From Lama glama (taxonomy: Eukaryota), in NCBI GenBank assembly GCA_028534125.1, contig CM052816.1, forward strand, positions 97,590,001-97,654,000: 64,000 bases of DNA. Direction: 5' to 3'. The notes under the pieces were generated by a model. The model ran no database searches. It was not told where the DNA came from and was given only the letters and a program-made list of their open reading frames with translations. This document shows positions 1-11,725 of this stretch, one piece after another; position 1 is the first letter of the stretch, and every line of letters starts with the position of its first letter. Made by a program: the position numbers and the translations under genes.

Positions 1-809
1 AGGGTCTGTCTTTCTAAAGGACCTTGGCTGAGACCCTGTCTTCTGAGTTAGAAGAGGCACAGTAGAATCTGGATGTTAAAAGACAAATTCACTAGGATTT
101 CCCTTAGGGATTTTTTTCTTTCTTGACCAACTCATTTATGGGCAAGAGGAGTTGGATGTTGATACCCAGGCAGTATTGTATATTATTTATGGGTGGTTGT
201 ACAAAATCACAGTTACATACACATTCATATAAACAGATAAGTGGACAACGATCATTAAAAATTCTGGTGCCCAGGCTGGGGATGTAAGGAGAATAATCTA
301 AAGAAAACTGCCCACTTAGGGAATTTTCCTTGCCTGGGTGGGTTACAAGTCACAGTCAAACCTCCCAGGAGCAGAAAACCCAGCGAGACAAAGCGCCCCC
401 ACTCCTAAACGTAGTTTCGCGAGCCTGTCGGCACTAGACAGCAGAGCAGATCAGCTGGCTTTGTGGCACGAGGCTGGTGGACAGGTGGCAGTTAGTGGGA
501 AACGGCTACAAGAAGCTTTCCTCTTCCCCAGCAGAAGAGAAATATGCCTTGTCTTTAGCAGTGTGATCTTACAGTTCTGCAGTGGAAACGCTCTCAGAGA
601 AGAGAAAAGCCGTTAGGCAGGTCAAAGAGCATTTTCAAAAGGTTATGAACTGGCTGTGAGATGCAGCCTTGGAGGTGACAGTTGCACCTTTCAGAAGAAG
701 CAGAGATTACATTAGCTTTGTGGAGGCTGCTTTTATAACGGGCCATTTAAAAATATTAGATATTGCTTGGATCAACATAGTTTATTATTATTAATAAAAG
801 GTAGGGAAA

Positions 810-957
810 TTATTTTTTTAATTTAAATTTAACTTCATTTTTTTAGAGGGGGTAGGTAATTAGGTTGTTTTTCTTTTAATGGAGGTCCTGGAGATTGAAC
901 CCAGGACCTTGTGCACGCTAGGCACACACTTTACCCCTGAGCTACACCCTCCTCCCC
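810..957 (-). mobile_element. tRNA-derived SINE, camelid-type
   Basis: Minus strand reads GGGGAGGAGGGTGTAGCTCAGGGGTAAAG (A box) ... GGTCCTGGGTTCAATCTCCAGGACC (B box), then AACCTAATTACCTACCCCC and an A-rich tail. Resembles the camelid SINE as I recall it. Confidence 0.85.
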
Positions 958-1149
958 GTCTCTGATATTACTGATCTAATTCCTCAAATACTTGGAAGAG
1001 GAAGATTTTAAAGAGAAACTACAAAACACTAATATTTCGTAAAGACCACAAGAGAGTCCCTTGTCATAATTATGAAACATATATTATCAGGTACATTAAC
1101 TTTAGATCTTAGTCGATATGAAAAATATATTGTAGAACATGCAATCACA

Positions 1150-1358
1150 TAGGGATGTTACCCCCAAGAGGAAGAAAATTATTTTGCGGGGAGGGGAGAA
1201 AAAAATCTTACTCATATATAAAGCACAAGCATACATAGAATGAATAAACACCTAAAAGTGCATCCATGGCATTAAAATTTCATGAGAGGCAATTAGAGAA
1301 AATGTGTCTAAAAAGTTCCTTAGGGGGTTATAATGAAAATAAAAGCTTGCAAATGCTG
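1150..1358 (+). mobile_element. hAT-Charlie DNA transposon fragment (MER20B-like)
   Basis: CCCCCAAGAGGAAGAAAATT...ATTAAAATTTCATG...GTCTAAAAAGTTCCTTAGGGGG.TATAATGAAAA...AAATGCTG resembles the MER20B 3' end. Family assigned from memory. Confidence 0.5.
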
Positions 1359-1399
1359 TTTTAAGGGGCAAACTTGTTCCGTAAGAGAAACAAATTCAA

Positions 1400-1605
1400 T
1401 TCAAAAAATATTTATTAAAATATGCGTTAAAATATATTATATTATATAACTTAAATATACACTAACTTAAATATTAATTTATATTAATTATATAAAGTAT
1501 AATTAGATATATGTTATATATTGAGTTATGTATTAAATGTATTCTATATCAAATAATCATAATATTATATGTCATATATGCTAAAATGTGTATTTAAAAT
1601 ATATG
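1400..1605. repeat. AT-rich low-complexity tract
   Basis: Almost entirely A/T with degenerate (TA)n/(TTA)n. Confidence 0.85.
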
Positions 1606-2886
1606 GCTTGCTTGATATTGTGCTAGGTACAGGAAAAAAGAAAAAAGAAGGTCTATCAGAAACTTAAAAAGTAAATAGGGAAATATGACATATCTATGAT
1701 CAGAGGTTACAGAATACTGAGATTGATATTTTTAAGTCACAAAAGAATATAAGACGTTTTTTCTTTTAGGTGCGCCTTTGGACAGGCAGGTGTGCAGACG
1801 AAGGCGCAGGTAGGAAAGGGGCCCAAGACACAGCATGACTCACGAGCGTCCGAAAGGATGATAGACAGCAGACAGACAGATTGTAGATGAGAGAGCGGGG
1901 TGATGGAAGGAGGTGAGGAGGGAGGAAAGGAGAGATGAGAGACAGACAGACAGACAAGTAGACAGGTGAACAGAATAAATATTAGTTGAAGAAGTGCTTG
2001 TCTTGGAAAGCTTTCTGGGAAAGGTTAAGTCATCTTAAGCCCTGAAAGAATATAGAGGCCAGAATTCTGTGTAGGGAGAGAATATTCTGTCTGGAGGTGG
2101 GGGACAAATGTGTGAACTGGGACTTGAAAGTCAGGGGGACCGTGAGCTGGTGGCTGTGGAGGGCAACGCATGTCAGGCTGGGTTTGGGGATGAATCTGGA
2201 TGAGAAAGGAGATGCAAGTGAAGCTCCGGGCGAAAGAGGAGCCCAGCCTGAAGTGCAGAGCAGGGCGGGGAGGGTGCAGGTGGCTGGATGGTGGAAGGAG
2301 CATCTGAGTTAGCGGGAGGAGAGGGTCTGCTAGAAACGGTGCAGTAGAGGGATCTGGAAACCAGGCCGTTCGGACGAGCAGAGAGAAGCGCCTGCTTCCC
2401 AGGAAAGCACTTCAGAAGCGACTGAGCAAACCCCGGAAGCCTGCCGCCTGGCGCTCTGGCTGTGAGTGCGCTGCTGGTTCCAAAATACAATCAAGAACAC
2501 ATGTAGCATGTTTTTCTTTGGCGTGTGGAAATGTGGCAAGGAAATCAAAGGCACTCGGGACGCTGATGGAATCAAGTTTTTCACAAAACCGCGAAACCAA
2601 CGGAAAAAAGGTTTTAACCCCGTCTTCATTAAAACTGCAGTTTCTCTTGTCTATCCATTGCTGCCATTACATTCTGAGAGCAACAAAAACGAAACTAGAC
2701 ATCACTTCTTCCTGACTGGAAAAAAGGAAATGCCATGCAGTCTTAAATATATTTTCAGCAACTGATTCATTGAATATGTATGTGACCTACTAATATCCTC
2801 TTACCACAAAAAAGTCACAAACAACTGGTAGCATCCTTCTGCTAAAATGCAGATTCATCACAGTAGACCTGGCATATCTGAGATTT

Positions 2887-2889
<3 letters not shown>

Positions 2890-2942
<53 letters not shown>
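2890..2942 (+). repeat. (CA)n microsatellite
   Basis: Perfect AC dinucleotide run of about 26 units. Confidence 0.98.
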
Positions 2943-2945
<3 letters not shown>

Positions 2946-4297
2946 CTCAAGAACATCCTTCACAGGGATGTCAGTTGGAAGACAATGTTTGTCATTTTTA
3001 GATGTAGTCAGAAAGAAGTGTCTGGATATTTATGCTACATGAACTAAAAGAGGGGAAACAAGAACCCAGAACCTGGAAGACTTGGACCAGCACTGGTACG
3101 CATCTCTGAGCTAACTCCACACTCTCTGAAATGCCTCATGTTCCCCAAGTTCTTGCCTACTTGCTGAGTCACCAAAGCCAAGGAAAGTGGATGGAAGTCT
3201 GTTGCTGCTGGAATAAAAAGGTGTCCTTAGACGAGTCTTTTCTCACTTTTTATCACTACGGAGCCACCAAAACAACACTAATAGAATGGAGAATGGGAAT
3301 TGGAGTCTTAGATAAACCGTGGAGATTTTGTAAATAGACGTGGATTTAGACAAGATTAGGAGCTAGAGAATGCCTCCAGACTGAGACTTTGAAACAAGCG
3401 AAATAAACCTAGGAAATAGTAGAGATCATCTTCCTCTCCCTTCACGTGTTGAAGACAGAGCATGAGAAAAACTGCAGCCCTCACAGAGCCGGGGCGAAGC
3501 AGGGTGTAGGCAGGCACGCAGTCGGAAGAGCCTTCAAGTCTCTGCCCAAACGCCCTCCTCTGTCAAAAGAAAGTGACACCATTCAAGCTGAACTGAGGAA
3601 AGACGGGACCTTGGAGAGATTCTCCAGCCTCAGGTCTGGAATTTTTATGTGGCATTATTTTCATGTCAATTAAGATCTCTTCCAAGTGAGAAATGTCCAG
3701 ATTGTAGCTGAACATTTTAATTCTTCTTTCTTTGCATCCTACTTCTGCTTTCTCTCTAGTATAAACAATGAATCTTCAGCCTGCCTGCATCAAACAGAAA
3801 CTTTATTAAAATTCTTCCAAAAAGAAACTCAGATATCTCTGGCAATAAGGATGATTCTTTGACATCATAATCTTCTTGAAAGCTAACCTGGAAGGGTCAG
3901 AGAAGAGGGGGAAATGGAAAAAGCTTTTATCCCTGGGGAAGAAAATGTCTAAAATAGTTTTAAAAAATTTAAATGACAAATTTGGGACAAATTGTTTTTA
4001 TATTTGCCTTAGAGTAGAAAACTCTGATGCCACAGCAATGTTTTAAGGAGAAATTGTGTTTAAAAGAATCTTTCTCTAAAAGTGATTGAGAGGATAAATG
4101 CCAGATTGCAACAGGAAAAAGAATGCTATGCCTTTAATAAGAATGTTCAGCATGCTGGGGGCAGGGAGGGGGCGTGAAGACAGAAAGTAGAAGCCGGAAG
4201 CAAAAAGTTCTAATGCCACCACTTGATTGGAGTCAAATAGAGCAAATGCTCTGAGCTTCTGTTGCCAAAGCCGTGTACTGAAAATAGTACCTGGGGG

Positions 4298-4928
4298 TTA
4301 TGGTGAAATATGTCTACAAAGCCTTCAGCAGTTCTCCCTTCTACAATTGGAGCCTGTTGCCCCCTGAGGGAGCGTGGACTGGACTTAGTAACGTGGTCTG
4401 CATGGTGTTGTGTGGTTTCTGAGACTCGGTCATGAAAGGCAGTTTACTATTTGGTCTCCTCCTTGAAGGACCCACTCTGGGGAAGCCAGCCGCCATGTTG
4501 TGGGGACACTCAAGCAGCCTTGCGGGGCAGTCCGGCGAGGGGGAGCTGACGGTGAACCAGCAACTGCTCAGGGAGTGGATCGTCTCAGAAATGACTCTTC
4601 CAGCCTAAGTCAAATCTTCATATGACTGAATAATGGAACAAAACAAAAATATCCACTATCATCATTTCTATTCAACATTGTGTTGGGGGCCAATGTAATA
4701 AGGAAGAAAAAATAAATAAAAACTTTAAATACAAAAAAGATACTTCATATGATTGCAGCTCCCACCCACATTTTGACTGTAATTTTTCACTAGAGACTCT
4801 GAGCCAGAATCATCCAGCTCAGCCACTCCCAAATTCCTGGTCCACAGAAACGGTGAGATAATAAATGTGTATTGTTTTAAGCCACTGAGCTTTGGGGTAT
4901 CTGTTATATAGTCATAAATAACTAAATA
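4298..4928 (+). mobile_element. MaLR LTR (MLT1E/F-like), interrupted by an L1 fragment at 4629-4742
   Basis: Typical MLT1 motifs GGAAGCCAGCCGCCATGTTGTG, CTCAAGCAGCC, CCACAGAAAC.GTGAGATAATAAATG..TTGTTTTAAGCCACT and terminal ATAACTAAATA. Confidence 0.85.
4629..4742 (+). mobile_element. Internal L1 ORF2 (RT-region) fragment flanked by a 13-bp duplication
   Basis: GGAACAAAACAAAAATATCCACTATCATCATTTCTATTCAACATTGT resembles the L1 GTRQGCPLSPLLFNIV-coding segment. Flanks are CTTCATATGACTG (4616-4628) and CTTCATATGATTG (4743-4755). Confidence 0.7.
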
Positions 4929-7900
4929 GCAAGCCACGCCCTGTCATAAAATAAACATGAAGGTTCAATGGGAGGATGCTTGTGAAATCCGTGGGACGAC
5001 TGCATAGATTTCATCATTTAGTGGTTGGGTTTTTTTTTTGGTTTTTTGTTTTTGCTCAGGAAGGGATTTTGGGGATTGTATCTCCTAACTGCTTTTGTGC
5101 CTAAATGTCTTTGTCCGTCAGTGATGATTCAGCAGACAACAGTATTCTTGCATTATTTTGTTTCTTGGGCACTTTGCAGATGTCACACCTTGCACTGCAG
5201 TCAGTAGTCAGGGACCACCGAGACTTTCTGCCTGAAGTTAGCTTGTCCTCCTGTCCTTTGCCCTTGTCTTTCAGCTTCTCCTTAGTGTTGTCTTGGTGTT
5301 GGAGATTGCATTTCAGTCTTCGTGAACCCAGTGTGATTTTCTAACCGCAGATTTAGTTCTTTTACAAACTCAGGGATTTTTCACGTACCTTTGACGTGCA
5401 TTGTGATTTCATCCTAATGGCCAGCAGGCATATCAGGTCGTTCTAGTCTGTTTTCTTTATCTACCAGCTTCTCTGATTATAATAAAATACTTGTCGTAAT
5501 TATCTGTGCTTGGATCATCTCTGATCATCTGAAATCTCCTTAGTGGATGATTTGACTTTAGTGTAGGTCCCGTGCTCTTTCTCACTGTTTCTGTTTTATC
5601 TATTAATTCAGTAAGAATATTTTGTTCTTCAAATGCGATTCCTTGGGCATGCCATCTCCCTTTTCATCTCATCCGCTTGTTTATTCAATTGTCTTTGAGC
5701 TAGTATTTCTTTGAATGCATGTCTCATTAACTTGTCACACAGCATGACACATTTGTGACAGATTCACTTGTGCTCCTTGAATTTTGTTTTCCTTTTGCCT
5801 TCTTAGCCTGTCATTTATGAGGTGTGCTTCTTTCTGGTACATTTTTGGATGAGATGTGATTGTAGACGTCCTGTAGAAGTCTCTTTATCCGGCTCAGGGT
5901 TTAACGGCTAAGCCAGCATTTTCTCCTTGCTTTGGTGTGATGTTAGTGATTTGACTTACTTCCTATCAGATCCAGAACAGATTTTGATTTTTGCATCTGA
6001 GCTTCCATTTGAGGTCTGGGTAGCGGGGTGGTATTTGGTCTTCCGTGGCATAAGGGCATGACAGGGAGGAGGAAACTCTGGCCCAGGCAGTGCTGTCTCT
6101 TCTCTCCTGTTGCTCTCTGTGTTAAGTGTCCTGCACCTAGCTGGGACTAGGGAGACATTATTAACTATTGTCCCCCCAAATAATCACTTGATTAAAAAAA
6201 AGTCTTACCTTGTGAAAAAGATGCCAGAGATAAAGTGAAAAGATTTTTGTGTGTATGTATTTCTTTTAAATAAAGGTACTGGAGGTTAACCATAAAGATA
6301 AACTTAAAACTTAAGGTAGAGACTTGAAATTGCATTGTAGAATCTCTTCCTTTGTACCTACAGAACAAAGACATATTAGAACCCAAAAGCCGAATCCCAA
6401 ATACCTACAGCACCACACACAGGGATGAATATAACCTGATTCCGTAAATACCCTAAACTTGAAACTAAAGGGAAAAAATAATTTGGGTCCTAAGGCTTAC
6501 CTGTGTCACAGCTGACCTTCAACATCCAGGCAACAGGCATCCTCACGGCTTCTCAAAAGTGCCACAGGCTTTCTCGTCTCCCACCTTTGCCTCTGGCTCC
6601 TCTCCCTCCCCACATGTTCTGTCCCAGCTCTCCAGCATCTCCCTGGCCCCTCCTCAGAGAGCTCCCCTACCTGCCCTGGCTGAAGTGATTGCTCTGGGGC
6701 ACCTGCCTCACCCATGCATTGTTCTCTTCACCACCCTATCGGCATCTGCTGCTGCTACCCTGTGGATGTATTTGTCAGACATCAGACTGTAAGGTCCATG
6801 ATGTGGGAGACCTGGTCTGGCTGGTCCAGCACCAGAATTTCATTAGATGAATCAAGCAGAACTTCATTAGATGAATCAAGAGCATCTCTGAACTGTCAGT
6901 CACGCCTGCAGGGACCCATCTTCAGCCCCAGCTTCCGGCTCAGCTTTCAAGTTCCCTTCCAGCACCTGCCTCTGCCCCTCAGCCCACTCTGGTTGAGACC
7001 CTTCCAGTTTCCCTGTGCTCCCTCCCCGGGATCCTGCTCTGCCCTACACACCTGCCTCAGCTGGCAGCTGTCCCCGTTAGCGCGATCACCCTGAGGACTC
7101 CCCAGGCACGTGCATCTCAGTGGCTGAGCCCTCCCCACAGTGAACCCTCCAGGCCCTCCTTGACATCGCTGTGTCTTATCTGACTTGGTGAACTTGCCAA
7201 TATAATGACAGGTGACCTGCAAAGGGCAGATCGTAGTGGCCCATTTCTCCGATTTTAGTTCACTTCTGAAACTCTTTACCCCTGTCCACTCTGGAATAGT
7301 GGGGATGGTCCAGGTCTCAGTCCTTGAAGTTTCTGTGGCCAGAGAGGAAGATGTTCGTACCTGCGGCTCAGCAGGTCTGAGCATCCGTTGCCCTGTGTCT
7401 CCATCTCATTCCGAACACCCCAGTGCTGAAAGCAGGCTCTCACAGAACATAATTCCATAGATAACTTGATGCGAGAAAGCTTCAGGAACAAGGTACAAAT
7501 TCTGCTTCTGTTCTGATGGCAACATTTCTTTGCAGGACCATCTTGTTATTATCTTGGGGGTAAACATGGATAGTTACTTTGTGGCTGTTTGGGGTGTTTT
7601 TAATTGTTTCTTTTGGGGTCAAGACTCAGACAGGCCCTCCTCCCCCTCAGATCCAACTCAGAGGTAGTGGAAGAGCTTTGGTCCCTGAAAGTAGCCCTTG
7701 TTCCAAGGAGGAATCAGCGTGTCAGTCTTGCCAGAGAGAATGGCTGACCGCAGAGGTGAGATCTGAGAATCTAGTCCAACAGGACGGCCGGAAGGGGGCC
7801 CTGCGGGAAGCTTCCTCCCGTTTTCCCATCCCCCGTGGACAGGCGACGTCCTCTTAGGGACTCATAGCTCCACAGACCCCTTGCAGACACATCCACCTTG

Positions 7901-8581
7901 ACTTCTCAGGACTCAAATAGGGAAGAAGGGGGGTTGCTTTCTTCTCTACAGTCGCCAAGAGATCGGATGACAATTTTTTTACGTTTACATATTTAAGTGT
8001 AAGTCAGACAGCATTCACTTGCGGGCAGTAAATAAGCTTCAGAAAAAAGATTCAAGTGGAAAACACAGGATCAGACACAGAAGTAAGGTCAGGTCTTCAT
8101 GACACAGAATCTTTGCTTTCTGTGCCTGGAGAGCCAGGTCACCTTTGCTGTTCTGTTTATAAAACTTACTCCTGGCAGAAGTCACTTTTAGTGTCTGCTA
8201 AAAATTGGAAATGGATAATTTCTAACACCATCACCCCTCTGAGCAGTCAAGAAAGTCTCTTTTCTGTACCCCTTTTACAAGCAAGGAAGGGTTCCCAGCT
8301 GCCCAAGGAGCACAGCTCTGTTAGGCCTGCTAGTAACACAGGGTTTACGTGAGCAAGTCAGAGAAGGTGCCACACAGAGCCTGCCTCCTGTGCCTGGTCC
8401 TGCGCCAGCGGCTGGAAATCAAAACGAGAGTACAGCTTGAGTCTCCTTACCCTGAGGCATGCACCACCTAGCAGGTGAAGGTTGTTCAAGGTGCTTGTAA
8501 ACAATGATGGACAAGGAGTTTCACCCTGAGAAGTTCTATTTCCATTAAAGGATTGAATGTCGAGATTGTCTTGCTATTCTT

Positions 8582-9203
8582 AGAATAGCCAAGACACGGA
8601 AGCAACCTGAATGTCCATCAGCAGATAAATGCACAAAGTTGTGGTGGGTATATATATATAAATATACAATGGAATATCACTGATATATATATCTATATAT
8701 CTATATCTATGGTACATATATATATACACAATGGAATATTACTCAGCCATAAAAAGAATGAAATAATGCCATTTGCAGCAACATGGATAGACCTAGAAAT
8801 TGTTATACTAAGTGAAGTCAGACAGAGAAAGAGAAATATCATATGGTATCACTTATATATATGGAATCTAAAAAAAATGACACAAATGAACTTATTTACA
8901 AACCAGAAAGAGACTCACAGACATAGAAAACAAACTTACGGTTACCAAATGGGAAAGAGGGAGAGGGATAAATAAGGAGTTTGGGATTAGCAGACACACA
9001 CTACTATATACAAAACAAACAACAAGGCCCTACTGTAGAGCCCAGGGAACTACATTCAATATCTTGTAATAACCTGTAATGGAAAAGAATAGGAAAAAGA
9101 ATACATATTTATATATATACATATATGTATAACTAAATCACTTTGCTGTACACCTGAAACATTGTAAATCAACTGTACCTCAGTGAAAATTAAAATTAAA
9201 AAA
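8582..9203 (+). mobile_element. 5'-truncated LINE-1 (ORF2 end plus 3' UTR)
   Basis: AATAGCCAAGAC..GGAAGCAACCT, ORF fragment [24 protein letters not shown]1 3' UTR and A-rich tail. Confidence 0.95.
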
Positions 9204-9509
9204 GGGTATTTTATATGGTTGCTATAAAATCTATTTCTTACTGTTTTAAATATTATTTGTAAACCTCCATAGCCCATGAAGATTCTATTGTAATTGTCAA
9301 CTCTGTTTTAAAATAGCATATTTAATTAAGCTACTAATAACCTGAGCAATAAAAAACTAAAGTAAATAAGATGTAAACAACTAAAGAAGAAAATAAATGA
9401 GCTTAAGCATTTACGCTTCTCCTGTTCATAATCATTTTCACCAGACAGACAGCAAGTTCCACTGTCATATTTTTTTAATTGGATGGAAGGCTGGTGTTCT
9501 TTCATTAAA

Positions 9510-9747
9510 AGTAGCATTTGGTAGGGTTCAATAACATTACCTTCTTTGAATATTAGCTTTTAGACATTTCTTTTGAAATAAGTGTAAACTCACAGTCAGT
9601 TACAAAAACAGTAGGTAGACACTCATGAACCAACAGTGGTATCTTATATGAACGTAAGAAAACATTAAAACCAGGAAAATGACTTTGGTATAATCCTGTT
9701 AACTAGATTGCAGACTGCATTCAGTTTCCACCAGTGTTTGCATGCGC

Positions 9748-9785
<38 letters not shown>

Positions 9786-9935
9786 CTGCACACACGCAGT
9801 TTTGTGCAGTCTGATCCCACAGGTGACCCCACCACAGCCAAGATGCAGGACTGTTCTGCCACCATGAAGGCACTCTCTCTGCACCCACCCCCACCCCGTC
9901 CCTGTCCCCTGGCAACCATGAAATGTTCTCCTACT
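9510..9935 (-). mobile_element. Old L1 3' end (L1MC/L1MD-like) containing a (TG)n run at about 9749-9781
   Basis: TTTTGAAATAA.TGTAAACTCACAG...AACCAGGAAAATGAC.TTGG..AATCC...CCCCTGGCAACCA pattern. Confidence 0.65.
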
Positions 9936-10589
9936 CAGATTTAATTTTAACCATCCTGTTTGGCCCACCACACTGGCTTGGATCTTGTTGATGAAGAGTT
10001 TCAGCCTGATTTTGCTTGGCATCCAAACAAATTAAACATTAAGGGAATATCAAAGTGGGACACAGTGACCTTCCAGCCAACTAAAGAAGGTAATTCATCT
10101 ACTTTGTTGTTCTTTTCCTCTTTCCTAATAGAATAAATTTTGGCTGCTCCTTTCTGTTAAGCTCAGAAGGCAGGAGCTCTCTCAAAGACAATATAAAGGG
10201 AAAAAGTCAATTATATATGTATTATATATACAAAAAATAGCAGCACAACTTCACTTAAATTAAAAACAAATCTATTTCCCAATAATTTGGCAAAACATTT
10301 ATCTTAGGGATGGTAAAGAAAAATATTGTTTTCAGGAACTTAACAAGAATTTCACATCCTCCTAATTCTCCAAATTGTTAACTCTTAATCCTGGTCTGAC
10401 CTTCAAGTCTTCTTCATTCAAATCACATCATTTAATTTTCATATCATTACATGAGAAGTGCCCAAGTGAATTTTTAGCATCATAGAGGAATGAACCAAAA
10501 TGACAGGAAACATCTGGAGATTTACAATTAAATTAATGGTTTTAAAAAGTGTTTATATTTAACTATTTGTTAAGCTTACATATCTAAAA

Positions 10590-10870
10590 TAGAAGTATTT
10601 TTATATTTATTAGACATATACAACAATAATATCATAATAATATATTACACATTATCTATTATATTGATATTATATAACTATATAATATACTTATGTTAAC
10701 ATATAATATTATGCTGTATTATTGAATACTATTATTGTATGTATTTTATTGTATATAGTACGAGTGTAATACAAGTCATTATTATATATGTAGTACGATA
10801 TATATTATTTTCAGTATAATATATACTACATGCTACTATTATTAACATTATTATATAAAATATATCTTTC
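10590..10870. repeat. AT-rich low-complexity tract
   Basis: Degenerate (TA)n/(TAT)n. Confidence 0.85.
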
Positions 10871-11484
10871 AGCAATACATGATATGAGGATTCACCCTGT
10901 ACATTTTGTGGTTAGCATGTGGAGGGATGTTTAGGCAATTAGCTCTGCAAAGTGACACCCAAGTTATACTTTAGGGTGAAGCCAGATCTCCCATTTCCTG
11001 CATGGTCTTGGGCACCTGAGTCTTTGATTAATAGGTATTCATTCCTCTTTTTGACTGTAAGCTCCCTTAGAGCCAAGTCCTATTGTTCTTTGGATCCAGA
11101 TAACGTGTAATCACAGTTCCTGTCAGGTAAATAACAAATGAGGAAGCTGGACAAATATCTGTTAGAATATTTCCTCTGGAATTGAGAGTAAAATCTGATA
11201 TAAAGATTGAGTGTCTTCTTTGGTAAAGGCAGCCGGTTTCCATCTCTTCCTTAGTGGCCGAAGACAAATTCATCTTTGGAGTTGGTCACTGTCCTTGGTG
11301 CTGAGCGCAGGTCGCTCCACTGGTCCAAAGACTAATGCTTGGTCCTTTATTTACACACATTTTCTAATAGAAACAATCGTTCTTTGCAAGTTTCCTAAAC
11401 TTGAAATCATGAACTGCTTACCCGACTGGGGTTAAACATTTGATTCAGTCTAGCTATAATGTAAAGTGTTTTTACTATTTTCTC

Positions 11485-11725
11485 TAAAATTTTATTTAGA
11501 AAATATTCAAATATAAGGACAAGTTGAAAGAATTGTATAGGAAACACCCATACAACCACCTCTTAAATTCTAATTTTACTGTGTCCACCTCACCACGTCT
11601 ATCCCCTTATCTACTCCTCTGTCCATCAATCAGTCCACACTAATTTTTGTGCATGATGAAGTTGTTTGCACTGGTTTACATCATGCCTAAATTCTTTAGC
11701 ACGCATTTCATCAACTGGTGTTCAT
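11485..11725 (-). mobile_element. Old L1 3' end (L1ME-like)
   Basis: TTTATTTAGAAAATATTCAAATATA...AAGTTGAAAGAATTGTA...CACCCATA pattern. A similar fragment lies at about 15380-15690. Confidence 0.55.

Noticed and set aside
860..957. tRNA-like A and B boxes
   Set aside because: Has a SINE body and A-rich tail and no proper acceptor stem, so it is a SINE and not a tRNA gene.
2847..3047. ORFs with HTHTHT, CVCVCV or IYIYIY runs (also near 9.7, 39.2, 47.8 and 55.2 kb)
   Set aside because: Translations of dinucleotide microsatellites.
5050..6000. T-rich stretch possibly from an ancient antisense L1
   Set aside because: Too degenerate to assign without a profile search.
6490..6560. Isolated splice-site-like motifs (minus-strand donors near 6500 and 22903, plus-strand 23881-23918, acceptor at 29590)
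   Set aside because: No recognisable protein or consistent exon chain; such motifs are expected by chance in 64 kb.
6714..7460. Cluster of overlapping 70-145 aa ORFs
   Set aside because: Pro/Ser/Leu-rich translations typical of GC-rich, L2-containing non-coding DNA; no recognisable domain.
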